Shown here one piece after another: positions 1-11,226 of a stretch of 64,000 nt of DNA. The stretch is from Nitrospirales bacterium (lineage in GTDB: Bacteria; Nitrospirota; Nitrospiria; Nitrospirales; UBA8639). The notes under the pieces are model-generated. The model ran no database searches, was not told the origin of the DNA, and was given only the letters and a program-made list of their open reading frames with translations. How positions within the stretch are numbered: the stretch's first letter is position 1; each line of letters starts with the position of its first letter. Location of the stretch: contig CBDBCZ010000018.1 in NCBI GenBank assembly GCA_965203295.1, positions 288,001-352,000 of the forward strand, given 5' to 3'. A program made the position numbers and the translations under genes.

Positions 1-106
1 TTCATCAAAATTATATGGCAATTCCTATTTAAAATGCTGCTCAAAAACTGAGTCAACTGTGCCATGTACTAGTCCTCCATTTCACCTCCATCTCTCTTCC
101 CCTTGA

Positions 107-2518
107 TCATGTTTTTAATTTGTCCTGTATTTGTTTGGCATTTCTTTGTAGCCCATAGTATACCAAGAATTGACGGCAGTCTGCCAATGATGGTACGCTG
201 GCAGACTCAACGAACGATTGAAAGTGGAATCCTATTGTGTCTTCCTCATCTGCCGTGAATGGCTGCCTTTCACCTAGAAATGAAATGTAAGTTTGCTAAA
301 TTCCAGTCAAGCATTATTAACAGTGAATTACTTGAGTAAGACAATTGCTGTTTTCTGTTTCGTTACGAGCAGATTCTAGGCTATTATATTGTACATCATA
401 AGGGTCCCCACCGAAAATGATCTAGTGTTGTATGTAAACGTAATAGTATTGTGTGGATGGTTACCTCGTTTTTTGGGTTTTGTTGGGTGGCCGTCAGCTG
501 GGAATTGCTGTCCTTCAGCTGGAGAAAAGAAACATAATAAGCAGTATATGTCTCTTGCTTATAGTCCTAAAAATGGTGTGACCTAATAAACTGCATTCGC
601 AAAACACCAAATGCCACCCTTCATGAAGATAAACCCATAAACCACCGTTTTGCGATGGTCATTAATTGTTTTTATGAATCTAAATCATGTCCTAGAGAAT
701 TCTTGGCTAGTGCATTTAACACCATAGGGACCCCCTCCAAATGTTTTCAAGCGCAGTACGTGACATAGCGTTTTAATATTTGTGTAGAAGATTACCTCGT
801 TTTCTCTCTAGTAGTGGGTTGGCCACTGGGATTTCCCTTTCTTTAGCTGGAAGAAAGAAACGTATTACTAATACTAGTAATGGGATTATCCATAGTCAGG
901 AGTTGTGCCATACATAGCATTGACCTCAGTCATCAAAGATTGCAGCTGGATTTGTCATATACACATCCTGACACTGAGGTTAGTTTCTATCATAACAACC
1001 TGGTTTGTAATTTCCCACCTAAGCCCACCTTTCAGCAAGAACAATCTGGTTATTAAACATGTTTGAGTGACATATATCCCTCCGATCAGTTAAACTCAAT
1101 GACCACCGCATTTTTGATTGTCACTGTTTTTGAGAGTCTAAATCATGTTATAGAGTTGCAAAAAGTCTTGGCTAGTGCATTTTACACCATAGGAACACCC
1201 TCCGAAGACTTTCAAGCGTAGTTTATGACATAGTATTTTAATATTTGCGTAAATGGTTACCTTTTTTTTTCTGGTAGTGGGTGGCCCTCAGGAATTTCCC
1301 GCCTTCCAGCTGGAAGAAAGAACATACAAACTGAATCTCAGAGTTGCAAAAATTCTCGGTTAGTGCATTTAACACCATAGGGACCCCCTCCAAATGTTTT
1401 CTAGCGCAGTACGTGACAGAGTATTTTAACATTTGCGTAGAATATTACCTCATTTTCTCTCTAGTAGTGGGTTGGCCACTGGGATTGCCCTCTCTTTAGC
1501 TGGAAGAAAGAACGTATTACTAATGCTAGTGAAGCAGTAATGGCATAATCCATAGTCAGGAGTTGTACCATACATAGCAAATCATACTACCCTTACAATG
1601 GTTAGTTTCTATCATAAAAAAACTGTGAAGCTTCAATAAGGACATAAGTCCTTACATAAACAACATGTTTGAGGGACATATGCCTATTGTTATAGCTATA
1701 AGAACTATGTGTGAACTATGTGTCAACAAAATTTGTGAGTCTTAAACCCACCTGCAAGAGTAAGATAGATGTAATTCCGGTGCTGCTGCTGCTCCCGGTG
1801 CTACTGCTGCTCTCGGTACTGCTGCTGCTCCCGGTGCTGCTGCTCCCGGTGCTGCTGCTCCTCCCGGTGCTGCTGCTGCTCAGTATCTAAATGTGAGTAT
1901 CGCGAATATGTTTACTGCCCCATTGTAAGTCAGTAGATACTATACTAATTAATTACCACCTTCACTCAATCATAGAGCTTCATAACCATGGAAAATTATC
2001 AACATGTAAAAAGTAACCAGTTATTAGAATTACATGTACCTACCTCCATTGTTTTCATGATCTGGAAGGCCTGAATGGCTGTCTTCTCTGCCACGTAGGC
2101 CTGGTAGTACCTGAAATTTAAGTTGAAAGTTATTAGTTTTCGCCAACCTAGTAGTCAAAAGTTACAGCATACCTCTGTGAGGTGGAGGGTGTGTGGGTCA
2201 TGTGACGACTCACCACCTCCATCTCCTGCTGGGAGCTTTGGGCTACCACGGAGGTGGCTCCCTTTCTCCGAAATCTAGACAATAAAATCAATTCAAGTAC
2301 TTCTGTATATGTAAAGTAGAATGGATGCTGTTTTACCTGGTGGCACTTGGTAGGGGCTGAATTCCCAGCTCCCTGGTAAGGGCATTTACCAAGCTGTAGT
2401 AATGCCTCAGAGGAGCACCCTTACCAGTCAGTAGGAAATACTTGAGCTGGGAATTCAGCTGCGGTCGCACGTGATGGAGATAAAGGTCAAAGATTTGTAC
2501 ACTTTCGTCCTCCAGGAC
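107..2518 (-). pseudogene. 3' part of an intron-containing tyrosine recombinase gene (Crypton-like) with a C-terminal Myb/SANT-like module; 5' part replaced by satellite
   Basis: Manual splicing at GT-AG sites of exons ~2518-2337, 2274-2173 and 2110-2044 gives VLEDESVQIFDLYLHHVRPQ...YFLLTGKG...PSATRFRRKGATSVV...EVVSRHMTHTPSTSQRYYQ, the box II R..H..Y of tyrosine recombinases. The last exon (273-107) reads GERQPFTADEEDTIGFHF...VPSLADCRQFL...RNAKQIQDKLKT*. A Ser-rich exon (~1885-1752) and micro-exons lie between; one micro-exon carries TGA. Confidence 0.75.
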
Positions 2519-5500
2519 CGGATCGGCGACGTGTGTTGGAGTCAGGTAGGCTGAGCGGTTGTGTGTAGTTCTCCCCCGCCCCTGTCCGGTGAATAGTGTT
2601 CGAGTCTTGTAGGCAGGGCGGTTGAGTGTATGTTACCCCCTCCCTGACCAGAAACTTGTGTTCGAGTCTTGTAGGCAGGGCGGTTCTATGTCACCCCTTT
2701 TCCCCTCCCTTACTGGCGACTTGTGTTCGAGTCTTGTAGGCAGGGCGGTTCTATGTCACCCCTTTTCCACTCCCTGACTGGCGACTTGTGTTCGAGTCCT
2801 GTAGACAGGGCAGTTGTGTGTATGTCAACCCTCCCCCCTCCTTGACCGGCGACTTGTGTTTGAAACTTGTAGGTAGGGCAGTTGTGTGTAGTTCCCCCCC
2901 CCCCCCACCGACCAGCGACTTGTGTTTGAGTCATGGAGGCAGGGCGGTTGTGTGTAGTTCCCCGTCCCTCCCCTCCCACCCCCCCCCCCCCTTCCTGACT
3001 GGCGACTTCTGTTCGAGTCTTGTGGGCAGAGCAGTTTTGTGTAGTTCTCCCCCGCCCCGGCCCGGCGACGTGTGTTGGAGTCAGGTAGGCTAAGCGGTTG
3101 TGTGTAGTTGTCCCTCGCCCTTGACAGGTGAATAGTGTTCGAGTCTTGTAGGCAGGGCGGTTGAGTGTATGTTACCCCCTCCCTGACCAGAAACTTGTGT
3201 TTGAGTCTTGCAGGCAGGGCAGTTGTGTGTATGTCATCCATTCCCACCTCCCTGACCGGCGACTTGTGTTCGAGTGTTGTAAGCAGGGCAGTTGTGTGTA
3301 GTTCCTCCCCCCCCCCACCGACCAGCGACTTGTGTTTGAGTCATGGAGGCAGGGCGGTTGTGTGTAGTTCTCCCCCTCCCTTACTGGCGACTTGTGTTCG
3401 AGTCTTGTAGGCAGGGCGGTTCTATGTCACCCCTTTTCCCCTCCCTGACTGGCGATTTGTGTTCGAGTCCTGTAGACAGGGCAGTTGTGTGTATGTCACC
3501 CCCTCCCCCCTCCTTGACCGGCGACTTGTGTTTGAAACTTTTAGGTAGGGCAGTTGTGTGTAGTTCCCCCCCCCCCCCCCCCCACCAACCAGCGACTTGT
3601 GTTTGAGTCATGGAGGCAGGGCGGTTGTGTGTAGTTCCCCGTCCCTCCCCTCCCACCCCCCCCCCCTTCCTGACTGGCGACTTCTGTTCGAGTCTTGTGG
3701 GCAGAGCAGTTTTGTGTAGTTTTCCCCCGCCCCAGATCGGCGACGTGTGTTGGAGTCAGGTAGGCTGAGCGGTTGTGTGTAGTTCTCCCCCGCCCCTGTC
3801 CGGTGAATAGTGTTTGAGTCTTGTAGGCAGGGCGGTTGAGTGTATGTTACCCCCTCCCTGACCAGAAACTTGTGTTTGAGTCTTGCAGGCAGGGCAGTTG
3901 TGTGTATGTCATCCATTCCCACCTCCCTGACCGGCGACTTGTGTTCGAGTGTTGTAAGCAGGGCAGTTGTGTGTAGTTCCTCCCCCCCCCCCCACCGACC
4001 AGCGACTTGTGTTTGAGTCATGGAGGCAGGGCGGTTGTGTGTAGTTCTCCCCCTCCCTTACTGGTGACTTGTGTTCGAGTCTTGTAGGCAGGGCGGTTCT
4101 ATGTCACCCCTTTTCCCCTCCCTGACTGGCGACTTGTGTTCGAGTCCTGTAGACAGGGCAGTTGTGTGTATGTCACCCCCTCCCCCCTCCTTGACCGGCG
4201 ACTTGTATTTGAAACTTGTAGGTAGGGCAGTTGTGTGTAGTTCCCCCCCCCCCCCTCACCGACCAGCGACTTGTGTTTGAGTCATGGAGGCAGGGCGGTT
4301 GTGTGTAGTTCTCCCCCTCCCTTACTGGCGACTTGTGTTCGAGTCTTGTAGGCAGGTTGTATGTCACTCCTAGGGCCCTAGCTGGCGACTTGTGTTCGAG
4401 TCTTATAGGCAGGGCAGTGTGTGTATGTCACCCCCTCCCCCCTCCCTTACCGGCGATTTGTGTTAGAGTCTTGTAGGCAGGGCGGTTGTGTGTAGTTCTC
4501 CCGCACCCTTGACCGGTGACTTGTGTTCTAGTCTTGTAAATAGGGCAGTTGGGTGAATGTCATCCCCTCCATAATCGGAGACTTGTGTTCGAGTCTTGTA
4601 GGCTGAGCGGTTGTAAGTCAATCCTTCCCCCCTCCCTGACTGGCGACTTGTGTTTGAGTCTTGTAGGCAGGGCGGTTGTATGTCACCCCTTCCCCCCTCC
4701 CTGACTGGCGACTTGTGTTCGAGTCCTGTAGACAGGGTTGTTGTGTGTATGTCACCCCCTCCCCCCTCCTTGACCGGCGTCTTGTGTTTGAAACTTGTAG
4801 GCAGGGCATTTGTGTGTAGTTCCCCGTCCCTCCCCCCCCCCCCCCCCTTCCTGACTGGCGACTACTGTTCGAGTCTTGTGGGCAGAGCGTTTGTGTGTAG
4901 TTCTTCCCCGCCCCTGACCGGCGACTTGAGTCTTATAGGCAGGGCGGTTGTGTGTATGTCACTCCTAGGGCCCTACCTGGCTACTTGTGTTCACGTTTTA
5001 TAGGCAGGGCGGTTGCGTGTATGTCACCCTCTCCCCCATCCCTTATCCACGACTTGTGTTAGAGTCTTGTAGGCAGGGCGGTTGTGTGTAGTTCTCCCGC
5101 GCCCCTGACCGGCGACTTGTGTTTGAGTCTGAGTCTTTTAGGCAGGGCAGTTGTATGTCACCCCCCTCCCTGATCGGTGACTTGGGTTCGAGTCTTGTAA
5201 GCAGGGCGGTTGTGTGTATGTCACCCCTTCCCCCCTCCCTGACTGGCGACTTGTGTTCGAGTCTTGTAGGCTGGGCGGTTGTAAGTCACCCCTTCCCCCC
5301 TCCCTGACTGGCGACTTGTGTTCGAGTCTTGTAGGCAGGGCTGTTCTATGTCACCCCTTTTCCCCTCCCTGACTGGCGACTTGTGTTCGTGTCCTGTAGA
5401 CAGGGCAGTTGTGTGTATGTCACCCCCTCCCCCCTCCTTGACCGGCGACTTGAGTTTGAAACTTGTAGGTAGGGCAGTTGTGTGTAGTTCCCCGTCCCTC

Positions 5501-6172
5501 CCCCCCCCTTCCTGACTGGCGACTTCTGTTCGAGTCTTGTGGGCAGAGCAGTTTTGTGTAGTTCTCCCCCGCCCCGGACCGGCGACTTGTGTTGGAGTCA
5601 TATAGGCAGGGTGGTTGTGTGTATGTCACTCCTAGGGCCCTAGCTGGCGACTTGTGTTCAGGTTTTATAGGCAGGGCGGTTGTGTGTATGTCACACCCTC
5701 CCCCATCCCTTATCCACGACGTGTGTTAGAGTCTTGTAGGCAGGGCGGTTGTGTGTAGTTTTCCCGCGCCCCTGACCGGCGACTTGTGTTTGAGTCTTGT
5801 AAGCAGGGCAGTTGTGTGTATGTCATCCCCTCCCTAATCGGAGGCTTGTGTTTGAGTCTTTTAGGCAGGGCAGTTGTATGTCACCCCACTCCCTGATCGG
5901 TGACTTGGGTTCGAGTCTTATAAGCAGGGTGGTTGTGTGTAGGTCTCCCCCTCCCTAATCGGAGACTTGTGTTTTGAGTTTTGTAGGCAGGGCAGTTGTG
6001 TGTAGATCTCTCCTGCCCCTGACCGGCGACTTGTGTTTGAGTGTTGTAGGCAGGGCAGTTGTTTGTATGTCACCCCCTCCCCCCTCCCTGATCGGCAAAT
6101 TGTATTTGAGTGTTGTAGGCTGGGCGGTTGTAAGTCACCCCTTCCCTTTCTCCCTGACCGGCGACTTGTGTT
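2519..6172. repeat. Satellite, ~55-65 bp unit with variable C tracts and higher-order structure (block 1)
   Basis: Tandem units like cctgactggcgacttgtgttcgagtcttgtaggcagggcggttgtgtgtatgtcacccc; diagnostic variants (ttggagtcaggtaggct, tttgaaacttgtagg, ctcctagggcccta) recur in order every ~0.5-0.7 kb. Confidence 0.95.
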
Positions 6173-6327
6173 TACAGAGGTTTACAAGTTGGTTTTCCAC
6201 AGGAGAAGGCAGAGTCACTGCCAAGACAAGTATTTAACACACACACGCATACAGGCAGTATACAGTTTGTGTCTGTTAGACACAAACACATTCAGCCTGG
6301 CCAAATGCACAGTCTGTTCAGCCTCAC

Positions 6328-6794
6328 GAGGTTAACAAGCTCCATCGATATAGTCTTGCTCTGGCCATTGGTGTAGCCATGTAAGAATCCACCACGTGTG
6401 GCTGTTGCCAACGTAATAATACGCTGGTCCTTAACAAAGAGCATGTTCAAACATTTATCACTCACAGTTGTTTGGATATACATGTATATACACAACTTAC
6501 GAGGAGTAATTCTATTGCTCCCTTCTTTTCCACCACGTTATGCCAATCTACTGACTCTACCATTCCATCTAGTAAGGTTGTGTCCCATATGCGTCGGCAG
6601 TCGGGACACTCCGTCCGCTTTATGGTCATCCCCTCGCAGAACTTGACAGTCATTTTTAAGCGGGAGATTGTGCTGGAGGTGATTGGACGGAACACAGACC
6701 CCTCCACCCACGTCTTAAATACGGCCAAACTAGCCAAAGAGTGGGCTTTGATTGCGAAATAGAACAGAATGCCTGTTACACCTTCAAAATACAC
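6328..6794 (-). pseudogene. Two orphan phase-0 exons of an unknown gene (copy at ~12970-13436)
   Basis: Exon 6794-6501 (294 nt, aag|...|gtaagt; VYFEGVTG...ECPDCRRIWD...IELLL), a 71-nt intron, then exon 6429-6328 (102 nt; DQRIITLATATRGGFLHGY...). Open and in frame; no family recognised. Confidence 0.45.
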
Positions 6795-6949
6795 CTTGCA
6801 AGGGGGTATTACGGAACAGGCACAATAAGATACGTATGTATGTATATGTGCACAAGTCCTCAGTCGTTGCAAACAAACCATAACACAGATAGCTACTTCT
6901 GTTTCCAATCCCATTTCAATGCATGCTGCTATCATTTAACAGTTTTTGT

Positions 6950-7350
6950 CTTGTCTGTCCACTGCAGATCACCAACATGCGAGAATATTGCGGTTACACG
7001 CTCTAACTCTTCCCGCCTCAATTCCTTATGCGCTCTTGGGGCACACACACAGATGGAAGACACAGTACACAAGTACTTACCTGCCACTGTCCTTGTCCCC
7101 TCTTTCATACTCTTCGACCAATCTCTCAGCTCCTTCCATCCTCCCAATCTTCCTGATCGTCTCTCTTCTCCTCTCCATAGACTCTTCACACTCTAACACA
7201 ATATGCCCTACATCCTCCACCTCCTCACTAGCATAAAAATACACATTTACCATCTGTACACATCTGGCACCTCTTCAACAACCCAACTGGCCCCATTGTA
7301 ACCTAAATCTAATACTGTCAAACCCACTCTTCACTCCCTATACAATCTCA
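6950..7350 (-). mobile_element. Degenerate 3' end of a non-LTR retrotransposon ORF2 (C-terminal CCHC finger); copy at ~13595-13995
   Basis: Frameshifted translation IRFRL...GLLKRCQMCTDGKCV..(C)ASEEVEDVGHIVLECEE fits the CxxC-x-E-D-x-x-H-x-x-x-x-C motif of LINE ORF2 C-termini. Confidence 0.5.
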
Positions 7351-9466
7351 GACTGCTCAGAGTGAATGTCTTCTTGCACAAAATTGGCTAACACTGGGAA
7401 CAAGAAAAGTGAATTCTATATATGAATTCGAATCTGGGAGAAGCCCAGTCCAGTATGTTCAGTAGGCATATTGTAATTGAAGTATGGTGCCATGCCACTT
7501 AAAAACTCCGCTGTACATGTGCTCATGCATGCAGATCAAGACACAAGAAAAGTGAATTCTATATTCAGTAGCCATATTGTATGTGAAGTGCCATGCCACT
7601 TACAAACTCTGTTGTGCTCAAGAAAAATGCAGATCAGGAAAAATTGTAGATAATATATATATGTAGTGAAGCGACATTTACATAGGATTAAAGTTTGTCG
7701 AGTTGCCAGCTTCTATATATAGCCTACACCAGAGACATGTAAAGAAATAGCTGAGCACTTTGTACGCTTATGCATGCTAGGGTGATGGTCTATCGCTATA
7801 GCATTACTACACTCCACTTACGAGGTCGTGATCGTCTGGCTGTTGTCCACTTCCCCACCTGCCAAACCTGCGCCTTGGCCTTGGCCCTGCCAGCCGGTAG
7901 CTGCGCCAGCGCCGTGGCCGGCGGCGCTTACGCCCGTGTCTGCAGGGAAAAGTAGAGTAGTGTAAGTCACTAAATGTCGACCACGTTGTGAACTTTCCGT
8001 CAAGGGTTCTATCTCAGCACTCAACTTTTCAAACCAAGTTATAATGCTACCATATCATGGCTGTACACCATTCTAATGTTAGTCAGTGAGTTCAATTCTT
8101 TATCGATGGTCGACTAGCGGTACGTATAATGTTCACTACATATATACTTTTGCAATATCGAATCTCACTGACAACCATGTGCACACCCAAGGCTTTCTCA
8201 CTTTTCGCGATTTATTTCCACAGAAGGGTGAGACTACTTTATTTCTAGGTGACACTCCTATACAGTCTTTCTGTGCATTTTTGAAAGATTTTTCACCGAA
8301 ACTGTGACCTGGAGCGGCATGAAGGTTAAATTACGTATGATAAGTTAACTACTACGCTTCTGCATATATTACATATTGTCGATCGTGACGGTCGACAATA
8401 TGTGACATAAACTAAGTATTGTTTTATATAATATATATATAGTGGTGGACGTTAGGAGGTGGTTAAGAAACGGTGGTTTACGCTATATAGCTATAGTGCC
8501 AAACATCGCGAAAGAGATAATTTGGCAGTGCGAAATTCTGCATTCTGTCTGATAAAAGAGTATTATATTTATAGTGCAAACATGGAGGGAGATAGGTCAT
8601 TTCACAGTGATTGTTTTGCAATGAAAAGAAAAGTATTTATAGTCATCAGTAGTGGTTCCTTTAATGGCAAAGTAGTTTGAAACGAACTGGATCTTGGCAG
8701 CACGAGTGATATAAGTCAAAGCAATGTTCTTTTGATTTGTGGTTTGCCGTTTTTAATACATTACCAGGCGTTCATACACATAGCACCAGTAACTGTCTGG
8801 GGTGCCTGATATCTTCTGGCAGGTGCACTGCATATTCTAGGTTCTGTGTACATGCAGAGGATATACAACCCCTCATGCAAGATTGCATGTTTCCACAGCA
8901 ACTTGCTGAGGTAGTTGATGTGTTCCGTTTGCCATCCAGAGTATCGTAGGTAGTGAGAAAACACTAAGCTGTATATTCTCACGAGTAACATGAAACAAGC
9001 ATACAAGTTTTAGCAGTGTGGGGCTGGGCACGTGACTAATGTAATATAGGCCCTCGCCATAATAGCAAGGTGGACTCATCTGTCTGCACCATACCACACA
9101 GGACTTTCTCATGCACTAGTTGTGACTACAGAATGTATGAGTGACCCCCCCCCCCAATCATACTACTGTAATTCAGCAGTCCACCTTAAAGCTGTTATTT
9201 AAAATAAGTGAATTGCAGACATGTGTAGATGGGTACAGCTACTTACATGACATTACATTACATTTATGTGTCTTGTGCGTTTTGAACTTGTCCTTTCTAA
9301 ACTCTATTTCTCTCTCCTTCGCATGCTTGCGCGGGTGGGCAAGTATCTTGACATGCTGCATTTTTGTAAAATCCAGGACAGCGTAGGAAGTCTGTTCAGT
9401 TGATGGAGGGGGGTATTCATTGGTCTCTTTTTAAAACACCACCTCGTGGTATGGGAATTTTCGTGA

Positions 9467-9730
9467 GTGCTGTAAGCAGGGCAGTTGTGCGTAGTTCTCC
9501 CCCTCCCTTACTGGCGACTTGTGTTTGAGTCTTGTAGGCAGGGCGGTTGTATGTCACCCCTTACCCCCTCCCTGACTGGCGACTTGTGTTCGAGTCCTGT
9601 AGACAGGGCAGTTGTGTGTATGTCACCCCCTCCCCCCTCCTAGACCGGCGACTTGAGTTTGAAACTCGTAGGTAGGGCAGTTGCGCGTAGTTCCCCGTCC
9701 CTCCCCCCCCCCCCCCCCCCCCCCCCCCCC
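9467..9730. repeat. Satellite block 2, ending in a ~28-nt C tract
   Basis: Same unit as 2519-6172. Confidence 0.9.
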
Positions 9731-9741
9731 GGGGAAGGACG

Positions 9742-10956
9742 GGGGACTTGGGCATTGAACATCCTAGTAACGCCAGTTACTCGGAGACTATGATTCATTT
9801 TCTCTTCAATCTCACCATCTGTACACATCTGTTTAACAACACCTGCCAGGTGGTTTCTCCCACACCGGGAACTGGTGAACCAAGGAGAATTGTCCAATGG
9901 AGTTTTTTGTTTTGCATGCCAATAAAATGAACCTTTCTGAAAAGCGTCTGGGGGAAGCTTGCTACAGTAAAGTTGCAGTAGGTGTACGAAACACTTTTCC
10001 CCAAGCGACTCATCAGCAAAGTGCTTCACAACTTTGTTATCCGCTTTGTCTTTATAGCTACCACTTCGGTTCTTTGAGCCAAATTCAGTATAGCAAACGA
10101 AGTTCAATGACTTGCCGTTCTCATCCACGCTTCCAAATTCAAACTGAGACAGTTTAAGGTTATGGTGCTCCCTGCCGCCCCGCAAACAGAGATTCTTATC
10201 GTTAGCAAAAAACACAGCATTGAAGAGTGTTTTGGGGGAATGCACCCCCATTATGTTTAGGTCCCACAGCCTTTCCTCTTCCTCAATGCTGAACGGTTGG
10301 ACGTGCTGCACTTGTGCACCGATCCCTTCCTCACGTCGTGCACGAGCAACGTTATCTCTCACTCCTCGCAGTCCTTTGAATCTCGGGTCATCTTCAGACA
10401 AGATGTTTGGCGGGTCAGACTGTTGCTCTTGCATGTATCGCTTAAGACCTGCGAGCAAAGAATCGATTGACTTGGAAGGGAATGGCTTCCCATCTTCACG
10501 GCGTGTTTCATACACGTAGGCTTGCAACCACGTATTCAGCTCACTAGCATCACATCGCTCGAGTAGGTCGGCAGGTACTGGGTCATCTGGCTTAGCCTCC
10601 ATTCTCCACGATCTCCAAGCACAAAAATTGCGCACAGCCCAGCTAGTACTAGCCTTAGTGGCAACAGGAACACATCCCTTTGCAGCTGCCTCCAATTCTT
10701 CCACGCTCGTCGGTTTTCCAAATCGATTCGACTGCTTAAGTGGCTCCATAGATTCCGAGGTCTTTCGCTTCTTAGCTGCCTGCAAATTCTCCTTGCCGAA
10801 CAATAAGTCCCACTCGGACATGCTATCGGGCAAAAGCCTAAGCTCCTCGGCAACTTCCTTTTCCCAGTTGATATTGGCGAAAAGATTAGGGGCAATCGGT
10901 TGTCCTGCACCATAGTCGTCAGCCAGAAAGTCCTCAAAGTTGATGTCAAACTCCAT
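9742..10956 (-). mobile_element. Crypton-type (DUF3504; ZMYM/QRICH1/KCTD1-related) tyrosine recombinase ORF, 3'-truncated
   Basis: ORF 9640..10956 has VP.ATKASTSWAVRNFCAW, YETRREDGKPFPSKSI, LCLRGGREHHNLKLSQF, YTEFGSKN and NHSLRVTGVTRMF. It breaks after AQVP, before the expected TGHRS...Y catalytic end, and reads into satellite. Confidence 0.88.
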
Positions 10957-11080
10957 CTTGCTACACTCACTAGCAGAGACTCACTAGCCAACTACAGAAG
11001 CCGTACCAGTAGCAGACGCCATTGACGTCACTCGCATTGCTTAGCAACGCTGCCAACAGCCAATGAAAGCCATGCAACAA

Positions 11081-11225
11081 ATTAGATAAAGCATGCCTAC
11101 GCGGGGTATAGGCCAGTTATTGACACGGTTATGACGTAGAGCCCGAGGGCCGCAGGCCCGAGGGCTCTACGTCATAACCGTGCCAATATCTGGCCTATAA
11201 CCCGCGTAGGCATGCTTTATCTAAT
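11081..11225. repeat. 145-bp near-perfect palindrome upstream of the Crypton ORF
   Basis: attagataaagcatgcctacgcggg...gacgtagagccc / gggctctacgtc...cccgcgtaggcatgctttatctaat; ~62-bp outer arms with 3 mismatches around a central cccgagggccgcaggcccgaggg. Confidence 0.95.
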
Positions 11226-11226
11226 A

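Larger units (their letters stand above)
6173..9466. repeat. Segmental duplication unit U, copy 1 (~3.3 kb mosaic of TE fragments)
   Basis: Near-identical to 12783-16110 (offset ~6.64 kb; ORFs 6292..6495 and 12934..13137 are identical). The part at ~7360-9000 recurs at ~19485-21010. Confidence 0.95.

Noticed and set aside
2710..6237. Many Pro/Gly/Cys-rich short ORFs
   Set aside because: Satellite translations; same for 11263-12832 and 16044-17913.
8371..8416. Helitron 3' end (hairpin acatattgtcga...tcgacaatatgt then CTAA)
   Set aside because: The hairpin is real and present in three copies, but the end is not CTRR followed by T and no matching 5' end was found.
9640..10956. Host gene ZMYM/QRICH1/KCTD1
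   Set aside because: Intronless, lacks MYM/BTB domains, truncated and embedded in satellite; better explained as a Crypton.
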